Positions 1-13,532 of a stretch of 64,000 bases of DNA are shown here, piece by piece. The position numbers and the translations under genes were made by a program. Numbering within the stretch: the first letter of the stretch is position 1; each line of letters starts with the position of its first letter. This DNA is from Amoebophrya sp. A120 (taxonomy: Eukaryota; Protista; Dinoflagellata): assembly GCA_905178155.1 (NCBI GenBank), contig CAJINV010000012.1:2581407-2645406 (forward strand), given 5' to 3'. The notes beneath the pieces were generated by a model, which had not been told where the DNA came from, made no database searches, and worked only from the letters and a program-made list of their open reading frames with translations.

Positions 1-940
1 ATCCTTCGGTGGCAGAAACATAAGTGACGGAGGCGGCGGTCGCGAGGACCGTCCTCCTTAGACGCATTTTACCTATCTGTATTCCCTATTCACACCTGCG
101 CCTACATTTCAATTTCATTCACTTTTTATCGTGTCACGTGGTTGGGAACAGAAGTACATGTAGAGCCGAAGAAGTGAACCATAAAGAAACCAACACGGTT
201 TGAGTTTCTACGACCATGCAATCGTGGTAGTTTTTGTTCAGTCAAATTGAATTCACCGAAGAGAGAAATCAGGACAAAAAAGCAGTGAAACGGATGTTGA
301 GACCCAAAAGATGAACCGAGGAGAGAAACACTGGTCCGGATCTGTTGAGTCTGTCTTCTTTTGGAGAGGAGTTGAAGTCGCGTATTTAGATGAACCGACC
401 ACTCACGAACACTGACGGATTTTCTTTCTTATCAACGACGCAACAAAACACGACCAACATGTGGAGATGTGAGAACCAAGTAGAGGTAGGTAAACTCGGT
501 TCTTCGGGTGATGCTTTTGCAGCAAGCTATCTTAAAGAATCTAAAGGGTCCTCGGCTGACCGCGACAAATCCTGGCGATCGCGCTCCCCGGTACGACAAT
601 TTTGAAAAATTCTTTGACCTAGCATGACATAGTGTAAGAGTTTTAAAGATCACCATCACGATCAGATAAATTGGAAAAACCCATCTGCAAGTGGTGCCTG
701 TACTTCCAATTTCGAAATGGCTGTGCCATCAAAAACCACTCAAAGCGAGGAAACCATGTTCTGGCGCAAGGTGGTCCCGCCCAGTAGTATTTAATTTCAA
801 ACTTATGCAAACTTCTTTGAAAAAGTTTCACACTCCTCGAAATTAGGACCACACCAACAACCACCGCCCGCCCCGTCAGGAGTGGTTGGCTTGTCGTCCT
901 CAGCGGCCCGATCTACGTCTCGCTTTTCCGCGTCGTAAGG

Positions 941-3900
941 CTACTTAAGACCCTGTTTGTTCATCCCTGCTTGTTCTTTCCTTTTTTTGTGCAACGCCAG
1001 AGATTCCGCGACCACTTGGTCTCTCTGCTTCCTGAACCAGGGCTCAAAGTGCGGCGATTTTATGAACTTGGTGTACAGTTTCCTCACTTTTTGGATCGGC
1101 AATTGCTGAAAAACACCCTCCGGTTGCAGTCCATTTAAAAATTCCTGCGACACAAACGCCGGCAGCAGCGTGACGTGGACTTTTTTGGAAGAAGTGGTAG
1201 GCGCAACACCAGAAGCTCCTCCTGACCGGGCTGATGTTGAAGTAGTAGTACTGGGCGAAACAGTAGAAGTTGGATTTATTTTACTGCGGCATTGGCTGTG
1301 GTAGTCGTAGTTGCTGAGTGACAGGTGCAAGTTTTCCGCCTGTTGCTCCAGTATTTGCAAGGATGTACGACTCCCGCGGCCGCCTACGATTAAGTTCATT
1401 TGTCCTCGCGAGGACGATCTAAATTCATTAGCTTCCATCGTGGGTTGGAAGTCGTCTGCTTGTTCGCCGCTCATCTTCTGCAAAGATGTGGTCTCAACTT
1501 CCAAATTCGACTTCATTTTCATTTTTCGGTTTGCTCTAGGATCATCTCCTTTGCTGGTGGTGTTAACTTGTTCCAGCGGCGGCGAGGTGGAGGATGCAGC
1601 AGCAGCGCTACCTGTTCGTGTTCTGCGCACCGCATCTTCTCCTTCGTCGAGGTGGTCAACACCCGGTCTGGAATTTTCACTCTTCTTGCTGCTTTCGCCG
1701 ACTTCTCTTCTACTTAAACTCCTTCCGCCGCCCCCACCGGCATGAGAAGATAGTACGCCAACATTGCTGACCAAGTAGGGTAGAAACGGCTTCAGGAAAA
1801 CACAGGTTAGTTCGTAGAAGTACTGACACAACAAAAAGTTGTTGATCATGATTGCCGAGTGACTGGTGGGTGGCAGTAGTCTCGACAGCAACTCCTCATC
1901 CACTGGCACGATTCTGCTATCCACAAGAAATTCATTTTCCCACGACACGATAGTTCATCACGACGTACGTATCTATGCGGTTTCTGCATGGCCAAAAAAA
2001 TCAAATTTCGTTCGATCACATACGATTAGGATGTTGACTACACTCCTTGTTCAGTTGGCGAAAATATTTGTGATGCCTTTTGTACGACGTGACAGACGTG
2101 CGGATCTGGAAATTCGATGCCCTGCATACCCGCTGTGTTCGGTGTACAAGTAGGAAGTGTCGCTACAGATCAGTTTCGCTTGCCCGAAATTACCCGGCTT
2201 GATCAGATTCTGCGGCGTCGAGGGGGAGAAGGGCAGGGTAGTTGTGTTATTTACGAATGTCGCTGAGGGAGAAGTAGAACTATTGCTGGTTGGGTTAGAA
2301 AATGAGAAATTGGGCCTCAAAGCAGACGACCCTGTAGCACTTCTTCCCGTGCTGCTGGCGGCGCCGACTGTTGCGGATTTCTGCAAGAACGATGAAAACG
2401 CTCTACCAGCATTTTCGCCGTTCTTTTCGGGCACTGCGCCGGGCCTGTAGCTTATGTGGTTGCTAGATTTGTCTCCCACGACCACCTCCATAGCGGAGCC
2501 CGCCGCTCCTGCCGCTGCGGATTGCGCTCTAGCTAACCGCAGCAGTCGTTGCTGCTTTGCGTCGTCAGGGGACGACGTTGCTGTCGCGGGAGTGTTAGCT
2601 GCTGCTGCTGTCTCAGCTTTTTGTTGTCCCCCAGCGGCAGCTACATAATCGGTCGCATTTTTTACGGTCGTGGTACTCGTTGTATTGGAAGACCCGCTAG
2701 TCGACGAAGAGCTAAAACTGCTTGTCCTCGAACAAGACGGCGCGGGCTGGTTTTCACGACCTGATGGCACCACAACAGCTGGTGCAGGTCCTTCCCCACC
2801 AGCAGCCAAGTTTAATCCTGGTAAATCTTCGTTGCTACTCGACGCTCCCCCAGACGAGGAACTTCTACACGATATGACAGTGCACAACTCCCCCTCCCCC
2901 TCATTTGTATCGCATGAAGAGCAAAACAAGCCTAAGCAAGAATGCCGGTTTTGCATGACAAATTTGCACTCCTGTAGTGTAGTGCTATAATTTGGGCAAC
3001 CAGAACTACTTGCCATGCAAACAGTGCTAAGAGTCAAAGGGTGGATTGGGTATGTTGCATGACAAATTATAAGGGGGAGGAGAAGTTGTGCACACTCATA
3101 TACGAAGCAGAGGAACCTGAACTGTTTGTCGCCACCACGTATTTTGCGGAGTGCTGCAACACTAGACTGCTCAGCTGCGACTTAGTTCTGGTCAAATCGA
3201 CAAAAATGGCAGGATTACTGCACCCTAGCACGAGGTTGCACGACGAGGGTAGAACTGGCGGTGATGTACTGGATGAGGTGGAGGTGGCTAGTACAACTCC
3301 GGGTTGATGTCTTGTTTCGCCGTTGTAGGTCATAATTGATGTAGAAGTTCCGCCATTGCTTGTTGCTCCGTGGAAATTATTTGAAGTGGCGGCGGGAGCT
3401 GCGGCCACAACTACCTGATTTCTAATCTCCCGGTAATCAGGATCGTACACGGTGAGGTGCGGCACGTACTGCAGGCCGGTTTTCCTGCTGCCGCTGGAAG
3501 TGGCACTTCCACTACCCTCTGCTCCACTTGTTTCTGTAATAACGAGCGGCGCAATCAGCTGCAAAAACGCCCCGACGGCGTCGTCGACGATGGTGCTGTC
3601 CTGCGAAAAAATCACGATCGGCTCCCCGGTGATGCACAGCTGCCACAGATATGCAATACAAATTTCCCGTGCTGCATGTACATAATGCATCAGGAACTCC
3701 ACCAAGTTGTTCTTGGGTAGAACTTGTCATGCTAAACTAGGTTCGAAGCCAATTTTTGTGATGCACAGACCGCATTTGTACGTGTACGGGAAATTTACTG
3801 TGCTGGATAACAGAGTCCACAAGGCTTCCGGGCCAAATTCCGCGAGTTTGGTCCACAGATTGGTGGCCGCGTTTTCGTGCTGGGTTTGCGTCAGATGTAG

Positions 3901-6900
3901 GGCGAGCTCCCGGGTCGAATTGTTCTTCCGTTGCACCCCGTACTGCACGGAGTGCTTCCGCGGCGAAATGATGCGCGGCCGCGGTTGCGGTTGTACTACA
4001 GTGGACACAACTACTGCGCCGTCGGTTTTCATCTGCTTCCCGTTTGTTCTAATACTACTTCCACCCGCTTTACCTTGTGGTGCTGATAGAGTCTTACCAG
4101 CTACTACTCCACCTCCTCTGTTGATGGATTCAACATCTGCGTCGGGGGCAGTATTGTTTGTAGTTCCCGAAGTACAAGTCGTGTCCTTGTAATCTGTGCC
4201 AATTGAATTTCTTCCGTCCTCGCCTGTTTCACAACTTGTCCGACCAGGGCTGAGTTTCTTGATTTTCGTTTTCATCCCCGCTGCAGCCTCATTCTTGGTA
4301 TTATTTCCTTGCGAAACGACCAGAAGCTCCTCGTCGTGGATGACAGACGTTTTTTGGACGCTGGCAGGGCTGCTGGTGTTTGCGGCAACAAAGGTCCGGA
4401 AAAAATCGCCCATGATATTTATTCCCGATGAAGCAGAATTCGTAGGGACCACGTTTCGGGAAGCGGAAGTAGAGCCAGCTGCGCCGCCGTAAGCAGAAGA
4501 AGTACTAGAGGTGGCATTATTATGAGGATGTTTCGCTGACCCACCGACGCCCCCTGCGTTTTTAGTAAAATTCATTCCGTTGGTCTGTCCTCTGCTTGCC
4601 GGGTTGAAACTGGAAGTCGACGACCCGCACGAGGTGCCCAGCCCCACAGCTGCGCCGGTCTTTGCCTGCAAAATGGCCCACTTGGGAAAGATCCAATCTC
4701 GGAACTGCAGGGTGCTGGCGTCGAAAGTGGAGTGCACGGTCAGTTTGGTTTTGGTTTTCTGTTCGCGATGGTGCAATGACGGAGCAGGGGCAGCACTCGT
4801 CGACACGTTCGATGCTGGGCTCTTTGAGCCGGAGCGCCGTAGTGGAGGTCCGGCTGATGTCAACATACTGGGATGAAGCGGCAGGAGACTCGCCTGGTTT
4901 GTTGTTCGTCCACCGCCGCTGTCATCGCTCTTCACGCTGATGGCGCTGCTGCGCTGCTTCTGGATTTCTCCACTTGTTGCGGGCGTGGTCGCAGATACAA
5001 CTTCAACTTCTCCGTCTCTGGTCGTCATCTTCGTCGTGGCTGCTGCAGATGTGGGTGCAGTAATTATAGCAGCGTTTCTTCCATCGCGGCTACCACTAGT
5101 TTTCGGGGAAGTGGGTGAAGACACGGGTGATGCAGACGTCGAAGAGTTGCTCGTTTTGCTCGCCGTTCTAGTGCGTTGGTGATGTGTAATTAAATCATGA
5201 TTACAGGCCTGCGCCTCCTGCGGAGGTGCCTGAGCGGGAACAAGATGCTCCTGGTCGTGCCCGTGTCCTTGTTGCGATGACTGCAGCTTGTGGGCAAGAC
5301 CAGTATTACCTGCTTGTCGTGAAGAAGACGGAGGCATTTGTTCGTGCGAGAAAAAGTTGGTAATTTTGGACAGTAAGGCGCTGGGACTGGGAGGGATTAT
5401 TAGGGAGCTGCCCCCCTTCGAGGTGGACCGGCGGGCGTTCAAAAAACTTCCACCAGAATCCTCTACTGTAACTGTCTGACACTCCGTGTGCAGCTCCGTC
5501 GGTGTTAAGTCTATCCGCAGGGTCGCGGAGAAAAGTTTCAGCTCCACGGTGAGCTTGCTACTTGATGGCTCATCTGCTTCTGCTTTTTGTTCCTCGCTGT
5601 CACTAGTGATAGTGTCCGCTTGGGGGTCCTCGTCCTCGAGCCGGTCTTCGGCGGGTTGTCCCTTGATATCTTTATTTCCCGGCGCACGTGCTCGCGCAGG
5701 TCTTGTTGTACCATTTTCCGTTGCACCAGGGCCTTGCTCTGCACTGACTTTTGGTGAGGAGGACGCTGGAGAGGAATCTACGGGGGAAGAGCCTGCCATC
5801 ACAGGATGAAGATTTGGGCTCCTCGTACTTCTTGCGCTTGCCGCAGGTTCAACGTTTTTCAAGCAGGGAAAGTGATCATCTTTATCCTTTCCATTTTTTC
5901 CGGCACCTTCTACTTCGCCACCAGTGTCCACCATCAACAAATCGCGCAACTTCGGCCACTCGCTGTTTATCAAACTCCACGCCGTTTGCAGAACCTTCTC
6001 CCCGTTTTCGAAATACAGTGGCCCAAGAACCAGCGCGATTTGTTTTACCAGACATCCGAACACCCGCCAATCGTGGTCCGTAATCACCACAATCGCCTTC
6101 TGGGAGTAACCACGCGGGTTCGTCGGGTCTGACTGCTGCTTGAAAAAGCTGGCCGCGGTGAGGTAGGGATAGGGTGGGCTACTAGTACTTCTGCCTGCTG
6201 CAGCAGTTTCGCCTGTTGTTGATGCCCGCCCCAAAAGTAGTTGCGACGCTGTAGAAGTTTTGGCGCCCACGCCAACATGTGAAATGGAACTGGTTGTAGT
6301 GCCTCCTGTACCACCGACATCTTGACCTTGTTGCGAAGTTAATATTGCCAAATTGCGTGCAGTTCTAGGACCTCCGCCGCCCCCTGCGGGTTTTCTTCGA
6401 AATCGAAAGGAAAAACATGCCTCCTTTTCGTTTGCGGATGTTCTCGAGGAGCTGCTTCGGCTGTTGCGACTCAATAGCTTGTTCGACGGATTCTTCCCCT
6501 CTAGAGGACCTATGCCACCTGTCCACAGTAAATTTCCCGCACGCTTACAAATGTGGCTTCCGCATGACAAGCTTTTTTTTGAAACATCTTCAGAGTGACA
6601 AGTAGGTTTTTCTAAGTTGGTCAAATTTGTGATGCATTTTGTAAGTGTACGGGCAATTTGTATAGCATACCACCATTGAAATTATCTGGCGACGGCGAGA
6701 CGTTGCAACTTGCCGGCAGAGAGTTGCTGTCCGGGAAAGCTTATGCATTGCAAAACTATCTTTGCACTCGTAGTCGTAATAAATTCGCAGCCAAGCATTT
6801 CAATACAAATTGAAATATCATTATCAAGGTCAAGCCGCATAGAGAATTCCATTCCTCAAACTGAGGGAATTTGCTGCCATGCGATTTCTACCACTACACC

Positions 6901-7399
6901 CTAGTACGACAGATGCTTTTTCAGTTGATAAAGCCATCAGTGCGCAGAGCTTCTTTTCCTCCTCCGAGAGCGGTGCGTGATGAAATTCGTTCTCATGCTC
7001 ATCGGCGTACGATCGAAGCTCCTGTTGCCGTTGCACTTCCTCCAGAACGTCATACTCACACACCTGCCCGCATCAACTGCAAATGTGTCTGGGTCTGGAA
7101 GATTGATGCCAGGCTTGTCATGTATATTTTGCATGACCCATGACGCCTGTAATGTTGTATGAGCTAGCATCACAGACTTTTCGAGGGCTTCCTGATGCCT
7201 ATCACGCATGGCAAATGCTCTCCACGCGACGTAACACAAACTGGGCTCATATTGCTGGCCATGCAAGACAGATTCTTTTAGAATCCAAAGACAACATCAC
7301 AAGTTGCAACCTCCCATACGACCCAGACGTAGTTGCAATTGATAGCCCGACATTCAGGTCGAAACGACACACGAGAATCCCACGCAGCCAGTCGGACAT
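941..7399 (-). CDS. DENND6: DENN domain-containing protein 6 (DENND6/FAM116-like Rab GEF), multi-exon, ~1750 aa with long low-complexity inserts
   Basis: Spliced translation gives MSDWLRGILVCRFDLNVG|QVCE, LMA|FPDSNS, ASFFKQQSDPTNPRGYSQKAIVVI, LWTL|WQLCITGEPIV, YFYELTCVFLKP and LYTKFIKSPHFEPWF, matching DENND6 motifs in order. Five introners resolved; one junction near 1950-2150 unresolved. Confidence 0.85.
2873..3100. mobile_element. Introner family C (intron of DENND6)
   Basis: TIR TATGACAGTGCACAACTCCCCCT / AGAAGTTGTGCACACTCATA; DR cacga/tacga; removal restores frame. Confidence 0.85.
3650..3809. mobile_element. Introner family H (intron of DENND6)
   Basis: TATGCAATACAAATTTCCCG...CGGGAAATTTACTGTGCTGGATA; DR acaga; spliced LWTL|WQL. 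Confidence 0.85.
6520..6669. mobile_element. Introner family H (intron of DENND6)
   Basis: TGTCCACAGTAAATTTCCCG...CGGGCAATTTGTATAGCATA; DR ccacc; frame restored. Confidence 0.8.
6742..6930. mobile_element. Degenerate introner family B (intron of DENND6)
   Basis: TATGCATTGCAAAAC...GATGCTTTTTCAGTTGATA; DR aagct/aagcc; spliced LMA|FPDSNS. Confidence 0.75.
7071..7344. mobile_element. Introner family A (intron of DENND6)
   Basis: CATCAACTGCAAATGTGTCTGGGTC...GACCCAGACGTAGTTGCAATTGATA; DR gcccg; spliced NVG|QVCE. Confidence 0.8.
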
Positions 7400-8162
7400 A
7401 ATCTTACAAATAGAAAAACGTTAAGCATACATTCATCAACTGGGAAACAAATAATCGGTATGAAAATTGTAGTGCGGCACTAAACAAGCTATACAAAATC
7501 TTCAAAGTCGTGTGATATGATATAGCAAGAGGCGGGAGGTAAAAATCTGCTGCGGTTCTTTGTAGTCCTACTTCCACGAAGTGAAAACTGGATTACATAA
7601 GGATAAGGCTAGTACTACTGCTAGATGCTGACCAAGAACCAAGAGAAAAAGACGTCGAGTTCTACCTTAACCACTCTAAAGAGGGAAAGAACAACCCTCA
7701 GTCTCAATACCAATAGCCTCCTGTACCTCCTGCAGCTCTGAAGAAACATACAGCCCAACACCCTCAAATACAAGCTAAATAGGCAGCACGACCACGACTT
7801 GGTCCTTGTTATATTGAGTGCTCCTAGAGCAGGTGGACTTTGTGGCGGTCGTCCTCGTCGTGTGAGACTACATCATGATCTCACGTTTTCAACACTCACG
7901 CTTTCTGCTTTGGATTTCATCATGCAACACCAACCATAACTTCAGGGAAAGCAGCACCACATCTACAAGAACAAGAACACGGCAACTGTATACTCTCCTG
8001 TAAGTGCGCCATGATCTGGCGCCCGGGACGAAGCTACGATGGCAACACGTCCTCACCCCTATTCACGTTCAGACTGTTTTGGTATGTTATTTTCGCATCT
8101 AGCTCTTTCCAGTTTAGATTTTTGATGATGAAGCACCCACGTTTGATAGTTTGAAACATTAG

Positions 8163-11100
8163 TCAAAAAAAATCGAAATGTGCCTCCACCAAGTACCCCA
8201 CCACCCGGGGATTCAGGCTGTTGCCAGCCAGGCCCCAAGCTTGCCTATTGGAGATGGCTTGCGGCAAGGAAAACACGTGGTAGTTCTTGGAGCGGTGCGT
8301 TCTTTCCTTTTTGTTTTTCATGTCCTGAAAAGAAGAGCTTTTCTTGCTTCTATTTTGTCTTTGTAGTCCCAGCTGCATGTTGTGTCCTTCTACTTCTAGT
8401 TCGTGTTGAGTCTGTCCGCAAGGAAATCCCATCAGCTTGAACACCTCCAACGGGTGAAAGTACCGGAGTCGCTGGTTGCCAAATTTCGAAAGCATCTCCT
8501 TTGCCTGCGGACTGCAGATCGCGGCCGGGGTCGTGGCATTCTCAACAAGTGCTGTGCCAGTACTTCTCGTAGATGACTTCTGGGATGCTGGGGCTGAGGA
8601 CACCGCAACTAATGCAACATCCGACGCCATTATTGCCCCGGTGTTATTTGGCTCGGTCGTGATTCTCGTGTCCTCGCGTACGTCGAGGTCCTCCATATTC
8701 TGGTGCGTGAGGTCGCGGTTGCTTTCATTTTCATTCGCCTGAGGACTGCGGCTTTCATTTCCAACATCAACAGTAGTAACATCACAAAAGCGCCGGTCAT
8801 GAAGACAGTTGTCGGCTCGACGTTGCGGGAATGTTGATGATGATGATGATGCAGCTCCTGCTCCTGCTCCTCCTGCTCCCTCATCACAAGATCTTGCGGC
8901 ACCACCACAACCAATTGGCGGCTCCGGTTGTTGTCCGCAATACAGTACACTCCCGGTGCCGGTAAAATACCTTCCATAGGCCTTGGTGACGCACATGGAG
9001 TGCTGACAACTCGGGTACACGACGTCCAGGGTCCAGTATCGTATGTAAAAACGTGTCCGCCCCGAATTTTTCATGCAAATCTGCATGCTCAAAGTCAAAA
9101 TGTTTCTCATGCGGAGCCCCACCATGAAGCGCGCTTTTTAGTCGTGTTTTGGAATTTGCAGTGCGCAAATCAGCTAGATTTGTGCTGGTGCTAAACGAGC
9201 TGAACCGGACCACACTACGAGGCCAAGCTTGTCATGCGCAAGCAACAACCAAAGCTGGCGGATTTGTCTAGCAGATTCCGCATTTTGACTCTGGGGTGGG
9301 CACGTTTTTCCTCAGGATATCCAGGCAGCCCGCTTCATCAGTGTCTTGTCGGACAGATACAGGTCGGATAAAAAATCTTCGACAAGAACCGAAGAGGATT
9401 TAGATTTACTTTTCCCGGTATAATTCTTGTCTAGCAAAAAATCCGCAATGCTTCTCATTTGGATCATACGCGAAGATGAAGAAGCCCCAACGTCCCGGGT
9501 GGACGTGGTCGAGGCACAATTCATATTTGTAGAGCTGGGAGATGCAGGCCATGTTATGTGCCGGAAGCCAGCAGGAGCTGCTCCAGCACCATCTACGGAG
9601 CCGGGCGAGGGCGGCTGCTGATCGCTATGATAGTCTCGTTCACACGACCGAGCCTTCTTCAGGAGCTCCACCCCGTGCGGGCAATGGGTTTCCGGCCGGG
9701 AGAAGTCGAGGTCGAAAACCTCGATATGATGACCATGACCTGCTCCACGTTCTACTTGTACTTGCGGTCTACCATTTTCTCCGGTTGCCACTTTCGTTCT
9801 TTCGGAGGCTTCCGCTTCCCCGAGCTGTTGTCCCTCGTCGAATAAATCCACCGCCTTTGATGTCGAGCCGTCTTGTCCATCTTCCCGTGGAGGTGAATGA
9901 AAACCCGTTCTTGACGAAGTTCTGTTTCTTGAGTGGACGATTTTGTCTTTTTTCATGCTTTCATCTTCTCTCTCCTTTCTTCTATCCTGCTGCTCTTCGT
10001 GCTCAGGGCAGCTCGTCTGTTCTGGACCTGCTCGCGGCGATGCAGATAGCCGTGCTGACGAGCAGGCAGTGGAGGTATCCTCCTCGCCCCCTTGTTGTCG
10101 TTCTCGTTGTAAAGCTCCTTCGCAAAGTAGAGCATGATCTCGTCCTCGTCGTGGTCCCATTATGCTCTTCTTGCGCTGCCGCTGCGCACACGCATAATTG
10201 TCGACAACAGCATCTTCCTGATCCTCGTCGCGATCTACAACAAGAACTCCGTCTAATTCTGAACGTGAAGATGTTGATTTTCCCAGTTGTTCTTGTTCGT
10301 TCCCCAGGTTTTGGTTTTGTTCGTGAACCAACATCAAACTTGCGTTTTGGTCATTCATTTTTTCCTCCTGCTCCGTCCCTTCGCCCTGGCTCTCCGCAGC
10401 AACAACAAGATCCTTGCGGTGGAGGTGGTCCAAACGCCGGAACAGATCGACCGAAGACCGGATTTTCAAAGCTTCTTCCGCGGAGCTGCATAGGGACATG
10501 TTGACCACTGGCATTGAAGTGTCATCATGCTTGCAGCTCTGTTGTAGTGCCACTGCTGCTTCAGCTTCATCTTCACGGGCAACTACATTCATTCGCGCCT
10601 GCGACCAGCACTCGTCGACGTGTACAGCAGCAGTAGACCACCCTTCGCGAGGACAACTTTTTCCACCACTGAAAATAGGTGTGGCATTATCAGGAAGAGC
10701 ATCTTCCTGTTGCACCGGAGAAGTTCCTTTTCGCTCGGCCACCAAGAAGAATCGCTGTCTCGAGTTCGGAAACCCAAACTCGTCCGGTGAGAGGAAATAA
10801 CAACAAACTTGAAACCTTCTGGATATCAGCACCTCCACTATGCATTGCAAAAGCATCGTACTATCTAGTACAAATATGCATGAAAAACAAGTTTCATTTG
10901 CAGATAGAAGATGGAAAATAAAATGCAATGAATTTTTTGTATATGCTGTTTCAGGTAACATCAAGCTGTCATGCAGTACTGCGATCATCATACACTAGGA
11001 TAATTAAGTACTTACGATGCAGCACAATACGATGCTTTCACCGAGCATATCCACCAACTCCTGACAAATGCGGCTCTTCTCGAATCCAACGACGTTCTCC

Positions 11101-12149
11101 AGCAGCAGAAACCTGGGCAACAGGTGGTCGGGCAGGAAGCGAAGCACCGACACGATGTTCTTCAGCGCGCCACACCGGTCGTCCGCTCCGTGCTCCTGGT
11201 TTCCCTGTCTTGTAAACGGCTGACAGGGCGGGGACATCGTCCAGATCTCGTACCGACAGCGCTGCGATGCGACTTGTTGCGCCGGCTGCAGATGTTGACT
11301 ACTGCTAGTACTGGTCCTCTCAACACCGCCTCTCTTGCTCCTTCCAGGTGGTCTTGGTCCTTCTGGGTCGATTTTGTCAACACCACGTAGACAACGGGGT
11401 AGCACAACACCATGATCATCTTTATCGACGTTCCCACCTTCTTCCACCCCTGCGAAGTTGCAGACCACCTGTCGGGTAAAAAACTCCGGCTTTGCCGTGG
11501 CCAGATCGACGCTGGCGACAGTTATTTTTAGTTGGTTCCTCTGGTTCTTCTTCTTGTTTGTCGACTTCTTTATCTTGTTCGCTTTTTTCCTCGTCGCTCC
11601 TGAGTCGTAGTCCTGAGTTCCTGGGTCATTTTGTACTTCAGGGGTCGTTCCTGTACTAGCAGGTCGGGCTCCTTCTTCACTACAGTTGTGAAGACCATCG
11701 TCTTTGCAAGCAAGGAGCTCCTCCTCCTCCTCTTCCTCGCTGCGAAGGAAGTTGTGTCTGTACACTTCCAGAGCGTGTTCGTTGATATCGGCCGCGAGAG
11801 AATTTGCCGCGTCAATCTCGACGCCCGCATACTGCAAACCGTACCGCATTCCGCCCACGCCGCAGAAAAGCTCCAGAAGTGTGTAGGACGATGTTTGTGA
11901 CATCGTCGAACTGGTTGTACTACTGCTAGAAGTCCCAAAAGTACCATTTCCCCCCCGCGGTTCAATCTTCTGGGTCTTCGTCTTGCAATTTTTCGTGCGT
12001 GCCGGTTGGACGGGACCACCACCATCAAAGGAGCCATTTCCAAGAAGGCTGCTTGTTCCCTGCTGCGCGGCGGCGGGTGGTACTTCTTTGTCTGGTCGTG
12101 GGTGTGACATCTTCCGTGGAGGTGGACCAAGACTCGGTGTTATCTTCAT
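8163..12149 (-). CDS. TRDMT1: DNMT2/TRDMT1-type cytosine-5 methyltransferase, 3 exons, ~1160 aa
   Basis: C5-MTase motifs in order: ELFCGVGG (I), MSPPCQPFTRQG (IV), LLENVVGF (VI), PNSRQRFF (VIII), CVTKAYG (DNMT2 CFT-like), LRYFHPLEV (IX), LAGNSLN (X). Confidence 0.9.
9037..9319. mobile_element. Introner family F (intron of DNMT2)
   Basis: TATCGTATGTAAAAACGTG...CACGTTTTTCCTCAGGATA; DR tccag; spliced AAW|TLDV. Confidence 0.85.
10839..11049. mobile_element. Introner family B (intron of DNMT2)
   Basis: TATGCATTGCAAAAGCATCGTA...TACGATGCTTTCACCGAGCATA; DR tccac; spliced QELV|EVL. Confidence 0.85.
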
Positions 12150-13532
12150 CAAGGCGTTCGTTGTAGTTGTACGTGCTCCACGACCACGACCTAAAAGTTG
12201 GAGACACGACTAGGAGGTCTAGTCATCCACTATGTTGCTCCTTCTCGCTGGTGCCTTCTTTTTTTCGGACGATTCGGGTACTTAGCCTTAGCCAGGGACG
12301 ACCACACATAAGAGGGAGGGGATTTCGACTGAGAATATCGAACAAAACGAATTATACGAATGTAAGGAGCATACGTGAGGAGAATGTTCACTTATACTTC
12401 TAAAATCTTTCTAGCAGCTGCAGCTAGGCGAAGATAGAAATGCTAGCGATCTTCAAGAGCAGCTTCATCTGGTCGTGACCCAATGATGTTTATCTTGTTA
12501 TCGGATTAGGCGGACCACTGCTTTTGAAATCCAGAGCATGGACGTGAATAAACAGCGACGCCAACGAACTCATCCAACAGCACCGCCACGACTGCAGGTG
12601 GAGGATGCCCGGAGGACCTAGACCTTCTATTCGTATTCACAGATCATGATCAAATAAATCACCGTCATCACACGTCTACTTGGTGATCACACTGTTGATC
12701 CGGAATTTTTCTACTTAGATCTACATATTTTTCTCCGTCGTTCATCTTCTGATCCGATCGGCGCTTGTTGAAGAGCAGAGTCAAATGATAAAGATCTACC
12801 TGCTGCATTTATCAAGAACGGTGCCGATCCTTGTGGTAGAGGTAGTTGCGCGGGAGCCTAAAGAATTTCTCAATCTCTCCATCTAAAGGACTACTTCGAG
12901 TTCGAGTGTTTTTCGCCCGGGCATGGGTATTTAAGCTGCTCTCCCGAAGAATTATGATACAGTCACAGCTGGGATGGAGAGCGATCGACGTCAGCATTTC
13001 TCGTCGAATGACCGATGAGAACGACGTGCCTACTTACAGTCGGGAGAGCCCCTCCAAGGATCTGTTGTTTATCCAGGTCACCGAAACGAAAAAGAAAATT
13101 TTCCCTCCAGACGAAAGCAGGAAGCTCAAACGACAAGTCGCGCACGAAACGACAAAGCCGGAAAAGAGGACGACGGTGGCGCGCATCCAGCACGTTGCAA
13201 CGCCGATGATGTCGGGTTCTTCGTTCTTTCCCGGCGCCGCTGCAAAAATATTGCAAATACCAACCACAAAGACGCGAGTACGAATGCGAATGCGATCGTG
13301 CTAAAATAAAGGACGTTTGTTTGTATTTGTTTCTATAGCGATGAACAGCTGTTTCCTGTAGCGATGTCAGGCGGACCGGGACCAAAAAATATGTTCAGAT
13401 TTTTCATACGTAGCTTTTCGCACCTGCAACGTTTGGCGTGCGCGACGACTACAGCGCCCTAGTGCTGTCGTCGGAGAGATGAAGTCATCTCAGCGGCATA
13501 ATTAATATGATCATCCATCGTTTATTTATTCG

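Noticed and set aside
1950-2150. Possible additional introner in DENND6 (short TATGCGG...CCTGCATA match)
   Set aside because: No 5-bp DR found and the candidate boundaries do not restore the frame; junction left unresolved.
9542-10504. 320-aa plus-strand ORF and similar long antisense ORFs (e.g. 53577-54383, 58855-59628)
   Set aside because: Antisense shadows of GC-rich minus-strand exons.
12846-13385. 152-aa plus-strand and 140-aa minus-strand ORFs between DNMT2 and TMEM107
   Set aside because: No recognisable motif and no splice support; likely chance ORFs.
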